NCBI GenBank assembly: GCA_963829205.1
Contig: CAWHHT010000005.1
Coordinates: 774,187-838,186 of the forward strand
Length of the DNA stretch: 64,000 nt
DNA from: an uncultured Thermoleophilia bacterium
GTDB lineage: Bacteria; Actinomycetota; Thermoleophilia; UBA2241
Direction: 5' to 3'
The first letter of the stretch is position 1. Each line of letters starts with the position of its first letter. The position numbers and the translations under genes were made by a program. A model generated the notes under the pieces. That model had not been told where the DNA came from, did not search any database, and saw nothing but the letters and a program-made list of their open reading frames with translations. Positions 10,516 through 20,041 of this stretch are shown in pieces.

Positions 10516-11148
10516 TCAGGCACCTCCAACCCAGGTCTTGGCAAGGTCGACGGCGCCGACGGCGTCCTTGGCCCAGCCGTCGGCGCCGGCGAACGCACGC
10601 ACGTCCTCAGTGACCGGCGCGCCGCCGACCATGATCTTCACGCCGTCGCGCAGGCCGGCGGCAGCGATCGCGTCCACGGTGCCCTTCATCGCATCGAACG
10701 CCACCGTGAGCAACCCGCTCAGGCCCACCACCTGCGGATGTACCTCGCGGACCGTATCCACAACCTTCGCGATCGGCACATCGACGCCGAGGTCGACGAC
10801 CTCGAAGCCGGCGATGTCGAGCATCGTACCGACGATGTCCTTGCCGATGTCGTGGATGTCGCCCTGCACGGTGCAGAGAACGACCTTCCCGAGCTTCGCC
10901 GCCGGCGCCTGCGCGGCGAGGTGCGGCTTCACCTGGGCGCTGATGGCCTGCATGATCTCCCCGGCCATCACGAGCTCCGGGATGAACGCCTCGCCGGCGG
11001 CGAAGCGCTGGCCGATCACGTCCATGGCTTCCTTGCACGACGCGACGATGCTGAGCGGGTCCGCCCCGCTCTCCAGCAGCTCGCCGGCGATCCGCAGCGC
11101 GTCGTCCTCGCGCAGATCGACCAAGGCTTCCTTGAGCTCTTGAGACAT
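10516..11148 (-). CDS. Corrinoid (B12-binding) protein, MtaC/MtbC-like
   Basis: Motifs GDIHDIGK (DxHxxG), GLSGLLT and MVGGAP; GGAGG RBS. Confidence 0.9.
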   Translation of the reverse strand: MSQELKEALVDLREDDALRIAGELLESGADPLSIVASCKEAMDVIGQRFAAGEAFIPELVMAGEIMQAISAQVKPHLAAQAPAAKLGKVVLCTVQGDIHDIGKDIVGTMLDIAGFEVVDLGVDVPIAKVVDTVREVHPQVVGLSGLLTVAFDAMKGTVDAIAAAGLRDGVKIMVGGAPVTEDVRAFAGADGWAKDAVGAVDLAKTWVGGA

Positions 11149-11230
11149 CTGTCCTCCCGGATCCGGTGGCGCGGGCCGCAAGCCCGCATGACTTCCGCAA
11201 GCGCGAATGACGTCCGCCAGCGCAAGGACA

Positions 11231-11246
11231 TAATATATAGACAAAT
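11231..11246. promoter_or_regulatory. Candidate GntR/HutC-type operator in the divergent promoter region
   Basis: AT-rich TAATATATAGACAAAT resembles HutC/NagR-type TATAGACA sites and lies upstream of a UTRA-GntR gene. Confidence 0.4.
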
Positions 11247-11314
11247 AGATAAAGTGCAATGCAAGCGCCGTTCCGCTGATAGGATGCGGCACAGGATGGA
11301 CACCGCGATCTGAC

Positions 11315-12169
11315 ATGGACGACCAGACCACAGCCCGGAGACTCGCGCCGCTGGCGCCGATAGACCGCTCGTCCTACGAGCCGGCCTACGTGCAGCTGGT
11401 CAACGTGCTCAGCCACGCCATCGCCGCGGGGCACTACCGCGCCGGCGATCAGCTCCCCACCGAGGCCGAGCTCTGCGCCGCCTACGACTTGAGCCCGATG
11501 ACGGTGCGCCGCGCGATCGGCGTGCTGCTGGACCGCGGCGCGGTGAGCACGACGCGCGGGCGCGGCACCTTCGTGAAGCCGCTACAGCTCGCGTCCGCGA
11601 CCTTCGAGCTCAGCGGCTTCCGCGAGCTGCTCGACGACCCGCGCGTCGAGGCGCGCGTGCTCGAGGCGCGCGTGGTGCCCGCGGGCGCGCGCGCCGCAAG
11701 CAACCTCGCCGTGCCGCAGGGCACCCGGGTGATCAGCATCCGCCGGCTGCTGCAGCGCGGCGACGAGCCGCTCTTCTACCACCGCGAGTCGATGGTCTAC
11801 GACCCGACGACGCCGACCGTCGAAGCGGAGCTCGGCGTCACGGCGCTGCGCGACCTCTTCGAGGGCAGCGTGGGCGCGGGCCCCATGCACGGCGAGCTCA
11901 CCATCCACGCCTCAGTGCTGACCGAGGAGGAGGCGCGCCACGTGGGCCGCCCGGCCGGGAGCGCCGCCCTGGTGCTCGAGCACCTCTTCTTCGGCTACGA
12001 CGACAAGCCGATGAGCTGGGGCCGGTTCGTCTGTGGCGGCGACCTGCTGCAGTTCCGCGCGCACATCGGCGTGCAGGCCGCGGCGCCGCGCGCGCCCAAG
12101 GCCGCCGCCGCGCGCGCCGCCGACGCGGAGGTCAAGCGGCTCGGCAGGACCCGGAGGAGAGCGCGATGA
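11315..12169 (+). CDS. GntR family regulator (HutC/UTRA)
   Basis: wHTH LPTEAELC...TVRRAI...RGRGTFV followed by a UTRA-like C-terminus. Confidence 0.9.
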   Translation: MDDQTTARRLAPLAPIDRSSYEPAYVQLVNVLSHAIAAGHYRAGDQLPTEAELCAAYDLSPMTVRRAIGVLLDRGAVSTTRGRGTFVKPLQLASATFELSGFRELLDDPRVEARVLEARVVPAGARAASNLAVPQGTRVISIRRLLQRGDEPLFYHRESMVYDPTTPTVEAELGVTALRDLFEGSVGAGPMHGELTIHASVLTEEEARHVGRPAGSAALVLEHLFFGYDDKPMSWGRFVCGGDLLQFRAHIGVQAAAPRAPKAAAARAADAEVKRLGRTRRRAR

Positions 12170-12850
12170 GAAGGCGCCCCGGCCTCGACCCGGCCTCGCT
12201 CACCGGCCGCATCGCGGCGCTCGACGAACAGGGCTCGCTCGACGCCGTGCGCGAGCGCGTGGCGCGCGGCGACGACCCGCTGGCGATCATCGAGGACTGC
12301 CAGCGGGGCATGCAGTTCGTGGGCGAGGACTACCAGTCAGGCGCCTACTTCATCAGCGGCCTGATCATGGCCGGCGAGATCTTCCGCGAGGCGATGGAGA
12401 TCCTGGAGCCGCTCATGCCGGCGACCGGCGCCGGCTCCGGCGCGGCCGGCGGTGGCTCGGCCGAGCCGGCCGGCTCCGTCCTCGTCTGCACGGTGCGCGG
12501 CGATATCCACGACATCGGCAAGAGCATCCTCGTGACGTTGCTGCGCTCGCATGGGCTCGCGGTGCACGACCTCGGCGTCGACGTGCCGGCGGCCGAGGTC
12601 GTCCGCCGGGTGCGTCGAGCTGCAGCCCGACGTCGTGGGCCTCTCGGGTCTGCTCACCGCCGCGCACGCGAGCATGAAGGAGACGGTCGCCGAGCTCCGG
12701 CGCGCCGCGCCCCGGCTCGGCCGCGCGCCGCTCATCATCGTCGGCGGCGGCGCCGTGGACGAGCAGGTGGGCAAATGGTCCGGCGCCGACGCGTGGGCGC
12801 CCGACGCCGTGAGCGGCGTGCAACTGATCCTGCGGCACGCCAGGCGCTGA
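12166..12850 (+). CDS. Second B12-binding protein (frameshift near 12612)
   Basis: GDIHDIGK in ORF 12166; continues as PDVVGLSGLLT...IIVGGG in ORF 12551-12850. ATGA overlap with the GntR gene. Confidence 0.8.
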
Positions 12851-12884
12851 ACGCAACGCCCTGCGGGCATGGAGCGGCGCCTCT

Positions 12885-15101
12885 CTATTCCATGCGCGCG
12901 GCCTGCGGCTCCGTGAGCCTGCCCAGCAGCGGGAGTGTGGCGCAGACCACGCCGAGGGCCGCCGCGACGCCGCCGCCCATGATTAGGTAGTAGCTGAGCG
13001 CCGGCGGGCTGACGCTCCAGCCGTCGTGCATGGCTCGCAGGATCAGGTCGGCGGCCACAAGCCCCACCGCGGCCGAGAGCAGTGCCACCAGCACGAGCGG
13101 CACCGCCGCCTCCAGGACGACGACGCGGCGCAAGTGCGCCAGCGGCATGCCGGTGAGGCGCAGCAGGCTGAAAGGCCGCCTCCGCTCGATTAGGCCGCCG
13201 GCCACCGACACAGCCATGCTGCAACCGGCGATCGCGAGGCTGAGGATGATGCCCACGCTCACCATGCGCTGCAGAAGGCTCACCAAGGCTCGGGATTCCT
13301 CGTTGAACTGGCTCGTCACCACAGGCGGCGAGTACTCCGGCAGCGCCGCGAGCAGTGCCGTCCTCACCCGCTCCACGCTGGTCACTGTGCCGTCCGTGGT
13401 GACGACAACGGCTTTCAGGGGACGCCGGCTGAGGCCGCCGGCCGGAGGTGGCGCGGCCCGCCAGGAGGTCCTGGGCTTGAGGTCGTCCAGGAACAGCTCC
13501 CAGATCGGCACGGTCACGACCGCCGCGCGGCCGGCAGCGTGGTCGCCGGCGCCATCCCGCACCGGGCCATAGACGCCCAGCCGCACCCATTCGGCCGCCG
13601 GCACGAGGCCATGCGCGTCGCCGGGATCCGCCTGGTGCCCCGGCGCGTACACGGGCAGGACCACGCGCACGCCCGTTACCCGGTGCAGGCGCGCGAGCAG
13701 CGCCTGCGCTCGCACCGGTGCGAGCGCCCCCGCGTCCTCCTTGGCCGGGAACTCCGTCACCGTGCCCTTGGGCAATGTCGTCGTGCCAAAGCCGTTGCCG
13801 CGGCCGATCACCGTGCCCACGACGCCGATGAACACGGTGCCCACGAACACGGCCAGCACGAGGCCGCTGATGGCGCGGAACGCACGTCCCGGATCGTCGC
13901 TTAGGCGGCGGCCGGCGATGAGCGTCGAGTCGCGCCTGGCGAGCTTTGCCAGCAGGCGCGCACCGACCATGGTGAGCCAGGGTCCGGCCACCATGAGGCC
14001 GATGATGATCGTCACGAAGGCGGCCAGGATGCCCCACAGGCCGGCGTTGCTGCTCGTGAACCGGGTGGCGACGAGCAGGCCGAGCCCCAGCGCGACGGGC
14101 GCCAGGCGCCAGGCGCGAGGCGGCCGCGGCGTCACGCGGCGCGAGACGCCAAGGGGTGAGATGCGCACGCGGCGTAGCGCCACAAGGCCGGCGAGCACTG
14201 CCGCGAGCGGCACGCCCACGGCGACTGCCACGATGGCCAGCCAGCCGAGGCTCAGATCGCTGGCGAAGAACGGGTGGCCGGTGAAGGGGATGCGCGCCAC
14301 CAGCGGGCGGAAGAGCCAGAAGCCGACGAAGCCCAGGGCCGTGCCGGCCACGGCGGCCAGCGCAGCCTCCACCGTGGCGATGGTGTTGACCTGTCGCGGC
14401 GTGGCGCCCACCAGGCGCAGCGCGGCGAACCGCTCCTCCCGCCGCGCCGCGGCGAGCCGCGTAGACGTGCCCACGAACACGAGCACCGGGACGAGGAGCC
14501 CGATGGCGCCCAGCCCGAGGATGATGCGGAAGAACTGGTTGTAGTCGTGCTGCTTGGGGGCCGCCTCGATGCTCCGCACCTTCATCGCGCCGGTCGAGTG
14601 GCTGAGCTCCGAGACCGGCCGGCCGACGATCGCGATGAGCGCGTCCGGTGAGGTGAGACCGGGTTCGCCGATGATGCCGACCCGGCGGCCGGGAAGGCGC
14701 GCGCGCAGCACGTCCGCGGGGGTGCGCGCGAGCAGGCGGGCGAGGGCGGGCGACACGTAGTACTCGCCCGCCCGCGGCAGCTTGCTCAGCCCCGGCAGCA
14801 GCGGCGCGCGGGCCCCGGTGGCCGCCACCTCGACGCGGTACAGCGGGTCCTGCCCGTAGCTGTCGGCCACGAGCCGCCACCACAGCGGGTCCGACGCCTG
14901 TTCGTTCACGCTGGGCACGCGGTTGCGCGCGCTGGTGAGCAGCCAGCCTTCGCGCGCGTCCTTGGCCTTGAGACCGTTGAAGCCGCTCAGCGTGAACAGC
15001 AGGAGCGCCACGCCCACGGCCACACCGAACGCCGTGAGGGCGAGTCGGAAGCCCCCCTCTCGCCCGCCCCTGAGCGAGAAGCGCAGACCGAGAGAGATCA
15101 T
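12885..15101 (-). CDS. FtsX-like ABC transporter permease
   Basis: Two FtsX-type motifs (RREERFAALRLVGAT and ERRRPFSLLRLTG). Confidence 0.85.
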   Translation of the reverse strand: MISLGLRFSLRGGREGGFRLALTAFGVAVGVALLLFTLSGFNGLKAKDAREGWLLTSARNRVPSVNEQASDPLWWRLVADSYGQDPLYRVEVAATGARAPLLPGLSKLPRAGEYYVSPALARLLARTPADVLRARLPGRRVGIIGEPGLTSPDALIAIVGRPVSELSHSTGAMKVRSIEAAPKQHDYNQFFRIILGLGAIGLLVPVLVFVGTSTRLAAARREERFAALRLVGATPRQVNTIATVEAALAAVAGTALGFVGFWLFRPLVARIPFTGHPFFASDLSLGWLAIVAVAVGVPLAAVLAGLVALRRVRISPLGVSRRVTPRPPRAWRLAPVALGLGLLVATRFTSSNAGLWGILAAFVTIIIGLMVAGPWLTMVGARLLAKLARRDSTLIAGRRLSDDPGRAFRAISGLVLAVFVGTVFIGVVGTVIGRGNGFGTTTLPKGTVTEFPAKEDAGALAPVRAQALLARLHRVTGVRVVLPVYAPGHQADPGDAHGLVPAAEWVRLGVYGPVRDGAGDHAAGRAAVVTVPIWELFLDDLKPRTSWRAAPPPAGGLSRRPLKAVVVTTDGTVTSVERVRTALLAALPEYSPPVVTSQFNEESRALVSLLQRMVSVGIILSLAIAGCSMAVSVAGGLIERRRPFSLLRLTGMPLAHLRRVVVLEAAVPLVLVALLSAAVGLVAADLILRAMHDGWSVSPPALSYYLIMGGGVAAALGVVCATLPLLGRLTEPQAARME

Positions 15102-15895
15102 CGCCGCGCTCCGGTCAGCTCCGGAGGAGCATCGGCGTTCGGGCCGGCGCCTGCAGCGGCAGCCAGAGAGGCGCCCGCTACGGCGCTCCCCGAGGTCGGG
15201 TCGGCCACGCGCCCGTCGCGCACGATCACCTCGCGGTCCGCGTAGGCGGCCACGCGCGGCTCGTGCGTGACGATGATCACGGTCGTCCCCTGGCGGCGCG
15301 CGCCTTCGACGAGGAGATCCATGACCTGCTCGCCCGTGAGCGAATCGAGGGAGCCGGTGGGCTCGTCGGCGAACAGGACCTCCGGCTCGGCGACGAGCCC
15401 GCGCGCCAAGGCGACGCGCTGCGACTGGCCGCCGGAGAGCTCGCCGGAGCGGCGGCCTTCGAGACCGTCGAGGCCGAGGGGAGAGAACCAGCGCCGGGCG
15501 GCGGCGAACGCCTCCGGCCTCCGCCGCCCGGCCAGGAGCAGCGGCAGCGCCACGTTCTCCTCGGCGCTCAGCTCGGGCACGAGCTGACCGAACTGGAAGA
15601 CGAAGCCGAACTGCCGGCGGCGCAGCTCGCTGCGGCGCGCCTCGCTGAGCTGGTCGATGCGGCGCTCGCCGAACAACACCTCTCCATCGTCCGGCACCAG
15701 GATGCCGGCCAGGCAGTGCAGCAAGGTGGACTTGCCGGAGCCGCTCGGGCCCATCACGGCGACGATCTCGCCCTGGCTCACGCAGAAATCGGCGCCACGC
15801 AGGGCCGGCGTCTGGCCGAAGGACTTGTGCAAGCCCCGGCACCAGAGCGTCGTGTTCGTCGTTTCGACGGCGTTCGGCGGTTCGATGGCGTTCAT
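15098..15895 (-). CDS. ABC transporter ATP-binding protein (LolD-like)
   Basis: Motifs GPSGSGKST, LSGGQ and DEPTGSLD. Confidence 0.92.
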   Translation of the reverse strand: MNAIEPPNAVETTNTTLWCRGLHKSFGQTPALRGADFCVSQGEIVAVMGPSGSGKSTLLHCLAGILVPDDGEVLFGERRIDQLSEARRSELRRRQFGFVFQFGQLVPELSAEENVALPLLLAGRRRPEAFAAARRWFSPLGLDGLEGRRSGELSGGQSQRVALARGLVAEPEVLFADEPTGSLDSLTGEQVMDLLVEGARRQGTTVIIVTHEPRVAAYADREVIVRDGRVADPTSGSAVAGASLAAAAGAGPNADAPPELTGARR

Positions 15896-16416
15896 CGGTT
15901 CAACTCCTTGGCGAGCTGGTCGAGCCGGGCCGAGGTGAGCTCGATCCAGCGCAGGTCTGCCTCGAGATGGAAGATGGCGTGGTCCGCGAGCAGCGCGTCC
16001 ACGAGGGGCGCCTCGCGACGGATGGCGGTGAGCTCGCGCATGCGCGCGAGGTGCGCGTGGCGCTGCGCGTCCAGGTACGCGTCCGCGGGACGCTGCAACA
16101 GCAGCGCCAGGATGACCTTGATGGCGAGGACGGTCTGCAAGTGAGGCTCAGGCGCCTCCGGGTTGGCCAGCCACGTCGCCAGCGCCGCCTCACCCTCCAC
16201 GGTGATGGCGTAGCGCTTGCGGTCGGGACCTTCGCCGGGCGCGTTGCCTTCGGCCAGCACCCGGCCGTCCCGCGCGAGGCGCGAGAGCGTGCCGTAGACC
16301 TGGCCGTAGGGCAGCGGCTTGTCGCGCCCGAAGTACTGGTCGTACTGGCGCTTGAGCTCGTAGCCGTGGCTCGGCTCTTGCTCGAGAAGTCCCAGAAGTG
16401 CGTAGGAAACGCTCAT
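15892..16416 (-). CDS. PadR family regulator
   Basis: Motifs HGYELK, GQVYGTLSRL and RKRYAIT. Confidence 0.9.
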   Translation of the reverse strand: MSVSYALLGLLEQEPSHGYELKRQYDQYFGRDKPLPYGQVYGTLSRLARDGRVLAEGNAPGEGPDRKRYAITVEGEAALATWLANPEAPEPHLQTVLAIKVILALLLQRPADAYLDAQRHAHLARMRELTAIRREAPLVDALLADHAIFHLEADLRWIELTSARLDQLAKELNR

Positions 16417-16423
16417 GGGCGGC

Positions 16424-16453
16424 ACTATACACTGAGTGTATACACTGAGTCAA
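16424..16453 (-). promoter_or_regulatory. sigma70 promoter with PadR operator; apparently leaderless
   Basis: Minus strand reads TTGACT-18nt-TATAGT-7nt-ATG. An inverted repeat TATACACT-g-AGTGTATA and a direct repeat TATACACTGAGT overlap the promoter. Confidence 0.7.
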
Positions 16454-16616
16454 TACGGCATCGTGGCGACGACTCTGCGCCCCCCCGGCACGAGTTGGCG
16501 GCAGGTCGGGCGCCCATCCCTCGTCCCCTTGGGAACCGCGGGATATCCTGTACGGGACACGTGCACGTGACGCGACGCGCAGCCGCGACACGCAGACCCG
16601 ACCCGGGAGGGCGGCC

Positions 16617-16892
16617 ATGGCCGAGAAGCTGGACCCCAGAGACTTCCTCAAGCCGCGCGACCCTGCGACGTTGCCGCATCGGCGCGGCCGCTCCCCGTCG
16701 AGCTTCTACCCGGACCTCGTGCAGGCGTTCGCCGCCAGCGGCGAGAAGGCGATGGACGTGGACGTGGCGCGGATCGGCCGCAAGGCCGACACGGTGCGCC
16801 AGGCGCTGCACAAGGCCATCCGCGCAGCGGGCCTGCAGAGCTCGATCAAAGTGTCGCGGTACGGCGACGAGGTCGTGCTGACCAAGCGGTAG
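16617..16892 (+). CDS. Small basic hypothetical protein
   Basis: 91 aa with a GGGAGG RBS and host-like codon usage. Confidence 0.65.
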   Translation: MAEKLDPRDFLKPRDPATLPHRRGRSPSSFYPDLVQAFAASGEKAMDVDVARIGRKADTVRQALHKAIRAAGLQSSIKVSRYGDEVVLTKR

Positions 16893-16994
16893 CGCCGGCG
16901 CGACGGCGCCGCCGGCCCGCAGCCCACGGTCGGCGGCCAGCGGTCAACGACCAGAGACGACGGCACGAGCGACGGCGATAGCTAGCGTTGCGTC

Positions 16995-17075
16995 CGGCAC
17001 CATATTCGCGGCCGAATCTGGTGCCGAATCCGGTGTCGAATTCGGTGCCGAATCTGGTGCCGAATTCGGTGCCGA
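16995..17075. repeat. 12-bp tandem repeat (consensus GAATTCGGTGCC), copy 2
   Basis: Units gaatctggtgcc, gaatccggtgtc, gaattcggtgcc, gaatctggtgcc and gaattcggtgcc. Confidence 0.8.
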
Positions 17076-17135
17076 GCCCGGAGACAACATCCCCTGCCGG
17101 CCCCGTGGCCGACCGCTTGGCCCGCGTGCCTCGGC

Positions 17136-18218
17136 CTATTTGCGCGCCTTGCCGGCGTTGCCGGCTTCGTTCCCGGCCGCCTTCTCGCCTGCTTCGTTCC
17201 CGGCCGCCTTCTTGGCCTGCTTCTTGGCCTCCGCCTTCGCCTGCTTCTTGGCCTGCCGCTTCGCCTGCTTCTTCTCCGCGGCCAGCTTGGCGGCGACCGG
17301 GTCTGGCGCCGCGCCTTCCGGCGCCTGGGCTTCCAGCTCGAGGCGCGTCGCGGCCAGGTCCTTGAGCTTGTCCTCGCCGACCTCCGGGTAGCGCGGGTCG
17401 ATGCGCATGAGCGTGTCGATGAGCACCGCCGCGGCGCCGATGCGCGCGAACCACTTGCGGTCGGCGGGGATCACGTGCCACGGCGCCCACTCGGTGCTGG
17501 TGGCGCTGAGCATCTCGCTGAAGGCCTTCTGGTAGTCGTCCCAGTACGCCCGCTCGCGGGCGTCGGCGCCGGAGAACTTCCAGTTCTTCTCGGGCACGTC
17601 CACGCGGGCCAGGAAGCGCGTGCGCTGCTCCTCCTTGCTCAGGTTGAGGAAGAGCTTGACGAGGCGGTAGCCCTGGTCGGCGAGATAGCGCTCCCAGTCG
17701 TTGATCTCGCGGTAGCGCCGCTTCCAGATGTCGCCCTTGCGCGAGGCCCGGGGCAGCTGCTGGCGATCGAGGATCTCGGGGTGAACGCGAACGACCAGCA
17801 CCTCCTCGTAGTAGGAGCGGTTGAAGATGCCGATGTCGCCGCGAGCCGGCAGGCGCTGCGCGTAGCGCCACAGATAGTCGTGATTGACCTCCTCCGCCGA
17901 CGGCACCTTGAAGCCGTGCACCTCCACGCCCTGGGGATTGACGCCGCTCATGACGTGACGGATCGTCCCGTCCTTGCCGGCGGCGTCCAGCGCCTGCAGC
18001 ACCATGAGTACGCCGTAGGTGTCCTGCGCCGCGAGCTTGTCCTGGAACTCGGCGAGGAGTTCCACGCCCTGCCGCAGCAGCTCCTCGCCGTCCTTCTTCT
18101 TGCTGATGCCGGCTTTGAAGGCCGGGTCGAAGTCGCGCGACAGGACCACCTTGGAGCCGGGCGCCACGCGGAACGGCGCGATGAACTCCGCGATCTGCTT
18201 GTGTCTGATGTCCACCAT
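17136..18218 (-). CDS. ppk2: Polyphosphate kinase 2 family (polyP:nucleotide phosphotransferase)
   Basis: Motifs QALDAAGKDG, FNRSYYE and NWKFS; Lys/Ala-rich C-terminal tail. Confidence 0.9.
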   Translation of the reverse strand: MVDIRHKQIAEFIAPFRVAPGSKVVLSRDFDPAFKAGISKKKDGEELLRQGVELLAEFQDKLAAQDTYGVLMVLQALDAAGKDGTIRHVMSGVNPQGVEVHGFKVPSAEEVNHDYLWRYAQRLPARGDIGIFNRSYYEEVLVVRVHPEILDRQQLPRASRKGDIWKRRYREINDWERYLADQGYRLVKLFLNLSKEEQRTRFLARVDVPEKNWKFSGADARERAYWDDYQKAFSEMLSATSTEWAPWHVIPADRKWFARIGAAAVLIDTLMRIDPRYPEVGEDKLKDLAATRLELEAQAPEGAAPDPVAAKLAAEKKQAKRQAKKQAKAEAKKQAKKAAGNEAGEKAAGNEAGNAGKARK

Positions 18219-18450
18219 GTGGTGCCTCCTGCCCTCGGGTGGTGAGGCGGGCGGGGCCTCCACACGACCGCCGCCCGCCGCTATCGTCTATCGGCGGAGG
18301 CGCCGGGGCAATGGACAGTGACATGGTCGGCCGCGATCCAATAACGGTCGACCGGGACCTCAGCCGCCGATGATGAGATACTGGGCGCGATTCGCAGCAG
18401 GCTGGGCCGCGGAGTCGGCGCACGCACGCTTGGGAGGCTCACGAGGCGCG

Positions 18451-18720
18451 ATGAGCTGGTTCAAGTCCGACAGGGAGAAATACGCCACGCTCGCGGCGGC
18501 ATGGGTGCTGCCCGAGCCGAGCCGCTGCGTCCAGTGCGGCGTCTGCTCGTTCAACTGCCCCATCGAGATCGATGTCAGGCGACACGTGTGGCTCGGCGAG
18601 CCCGTCAAGGACAGCCGCTGCCTCACCTGCGGAGAGTGCATCAAGCGCTGCCCACGCGGCCTGCTTCGCTTCGAGCCCATCGCCGCCGCTCGCGACGGCC
18701 GCGCCCAGGGAGGGCGCTGA
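18451..18720 (+). CDS. 2x[4Fe-4S] ferredoxin
   Basis: Motifs CVQCGVCSFNCP and CLTCGECIKRCP. Confidence 0.85.
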   Translation: MSWFKSDREKYATLAAAWVLPEPSRCVQCGVCSFNCPIEIDVRRHVWLGEPVKDSRCLTCGECIKRCPRGLLRFEPIAAARDGRAQGGR

Positions 18721-18721
18721 C

Positions 18722-20041
18722 ATGGCCAGGCGCCACGTGCTCATCGGCATGGGGCCGGGGGCCATCGCCGCCGCGGAGGCGATCCGCGGCGCCGACGCCG
18801 GCGCCGAGATCGTGGTCGTCGGCGCCGATCCGCACGGCTACTACTCCCGCCCCGGCCTCGCCTACTACCTCGCCAAGGAGATCCCCGAGAAGTGGCTGCG
18901 GCCGTTCTCGGCCGAGGGCCTCGCCGGCCTGGGCCTCACCATCGTCAACGAGCGCGCCGACGGCATCGACACCAAGGCGCACCGGGTGACGCTCGCGAGC
19001 GGCCGGGAGCTCGGCTACGACCGCCTGCTGATCGCCACTGGATCCACGGCCATCCCCGCCAAGGTGCCGGGTACCGAGCTGGACGGCGTGGTCAAGCTGG
19101 ACGACCTCGATGACGCGAACGACATGATCCGCAGATGCGCGGGCGCCAAGGGAGCGGTGGTCGTCGGAGGTGGCATCACGGCTCTCGAGATCGTCGAGGG
19201 CCTGCACGCGCACGGCGTGCTGGTGGACTACTTCATGCGTCAGGACCGCTACTGGAAAAACGTACTGTCCGAGACCGAGTCTCGGGTCGTGGAGCAGGAA
19301 CTGGCCGGCCTGGGCGTGCGTGTCCACAACTTCACGGAGCTCGCCGGCATCCTCGGCCGCGACGGGCGCGTGGCCGCCGTCGAGACCGGGGGCGGCAAGC
19401 GGATCCCCTGCGAGCTCGTCGCGGTCGCGATCGGCGTGCACGCCCGCATCGAGCTGGCTCGGGCGGCCGGACTGGCATGCGAGCGAGGGATCCTGGTCGA
19501 CGAGTACCTCCGCTCGAGCGATGAAGACGTCTATGCGGCCGGCGACGTGGCCGAGTCCGCCGACCCCGCCACAGGCCGCCGCACGATGGAGGTCCTCTGG
19601 AACTCGGCGGTGCAGAAGGGTCGCGTGGCCGGCCTGAACATGGCCAGCGAGCCGGTCACCCCGTACGAGAAGGGCGTTCCCATCAACGTCACGAGACTGG
19701 CCGGCCTCAAGACGACGATCATCGGCACCGTCGGCAGCGGCGGCAGGGACGCCGACCTCGAAGGCCTGCAGCGCGGCGACAGCCAGACCTGGTCCGAGGT
19801 CGGCAACGCCGTGGCGATCGAGGCCCAGACCCACGGCGCCCGTGTGCGGCTCGCCGTGGGGGAGCGCACCCTGGCCGGCGCCGTCGTCATGGGCGACCAG
19901 TCTCTGTCGTTCCCGCTGCAGGACCTTATCGAGGCGCGCGCCGACGTGGGCAGCATCGCGGCGAACCTCAAGGCGGCGGGAGCCGCGATCGCCGAGCTCG
20001 TCGAGGTCTGCTGGCGAGAGTGGAAGGAGCAGCTTGCCTAG
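18722..20041 (+). CDS. NAD(P)/FAD-dependent oxidoreductase (rubredoxin reductase / NirB N-terminal-like)
   Basis: Motifs IGMGPGA, LIATGS, VVGGGITALE and YAAGDVA. Confidence 0.85.
   Translation: MARRHVLIGMGPGAIAAAEAIRGADAGAEIVVVGADPHGYYSRPGLAYYLAKEIPEKWLRPFSAEGLAGLGLTIVNERADGIDTKAHRVTLASGRELGYDRLLIATGSTAIPAKVPGTELDGVVKLDDLDDANDMIRRCAGAKGAVVVGGGITALEIVEGLHAHGVLVDYFMRQDRYWKNVLSETESRVVEQELAGLGVRVHNFTELAGILGRDGRVAAVETGGGKRIPCELVAVAIGVHARIELARAAGLACERGILVDEYLRSSDEDVYAAGDVAESADPATGRRTMEVLWNSAVQKGRVAGLNMASEPVTPYEKGVPINVTRLAGLKTTIIGTVGSGGRDADLEGLQRGDSQTWSEVGNAVAIEAQTHGARVRLAVGERTLAGAVVMGDQSLSFPLQDLIEARADVGSIAANLKAAGAAIAELVEVCWREWKEQLA

Noticed and set aside
16995-17075. CRISPR array
   Set aside because: The units are contiguous 12-mers with no spacers, and no cas genes are present.
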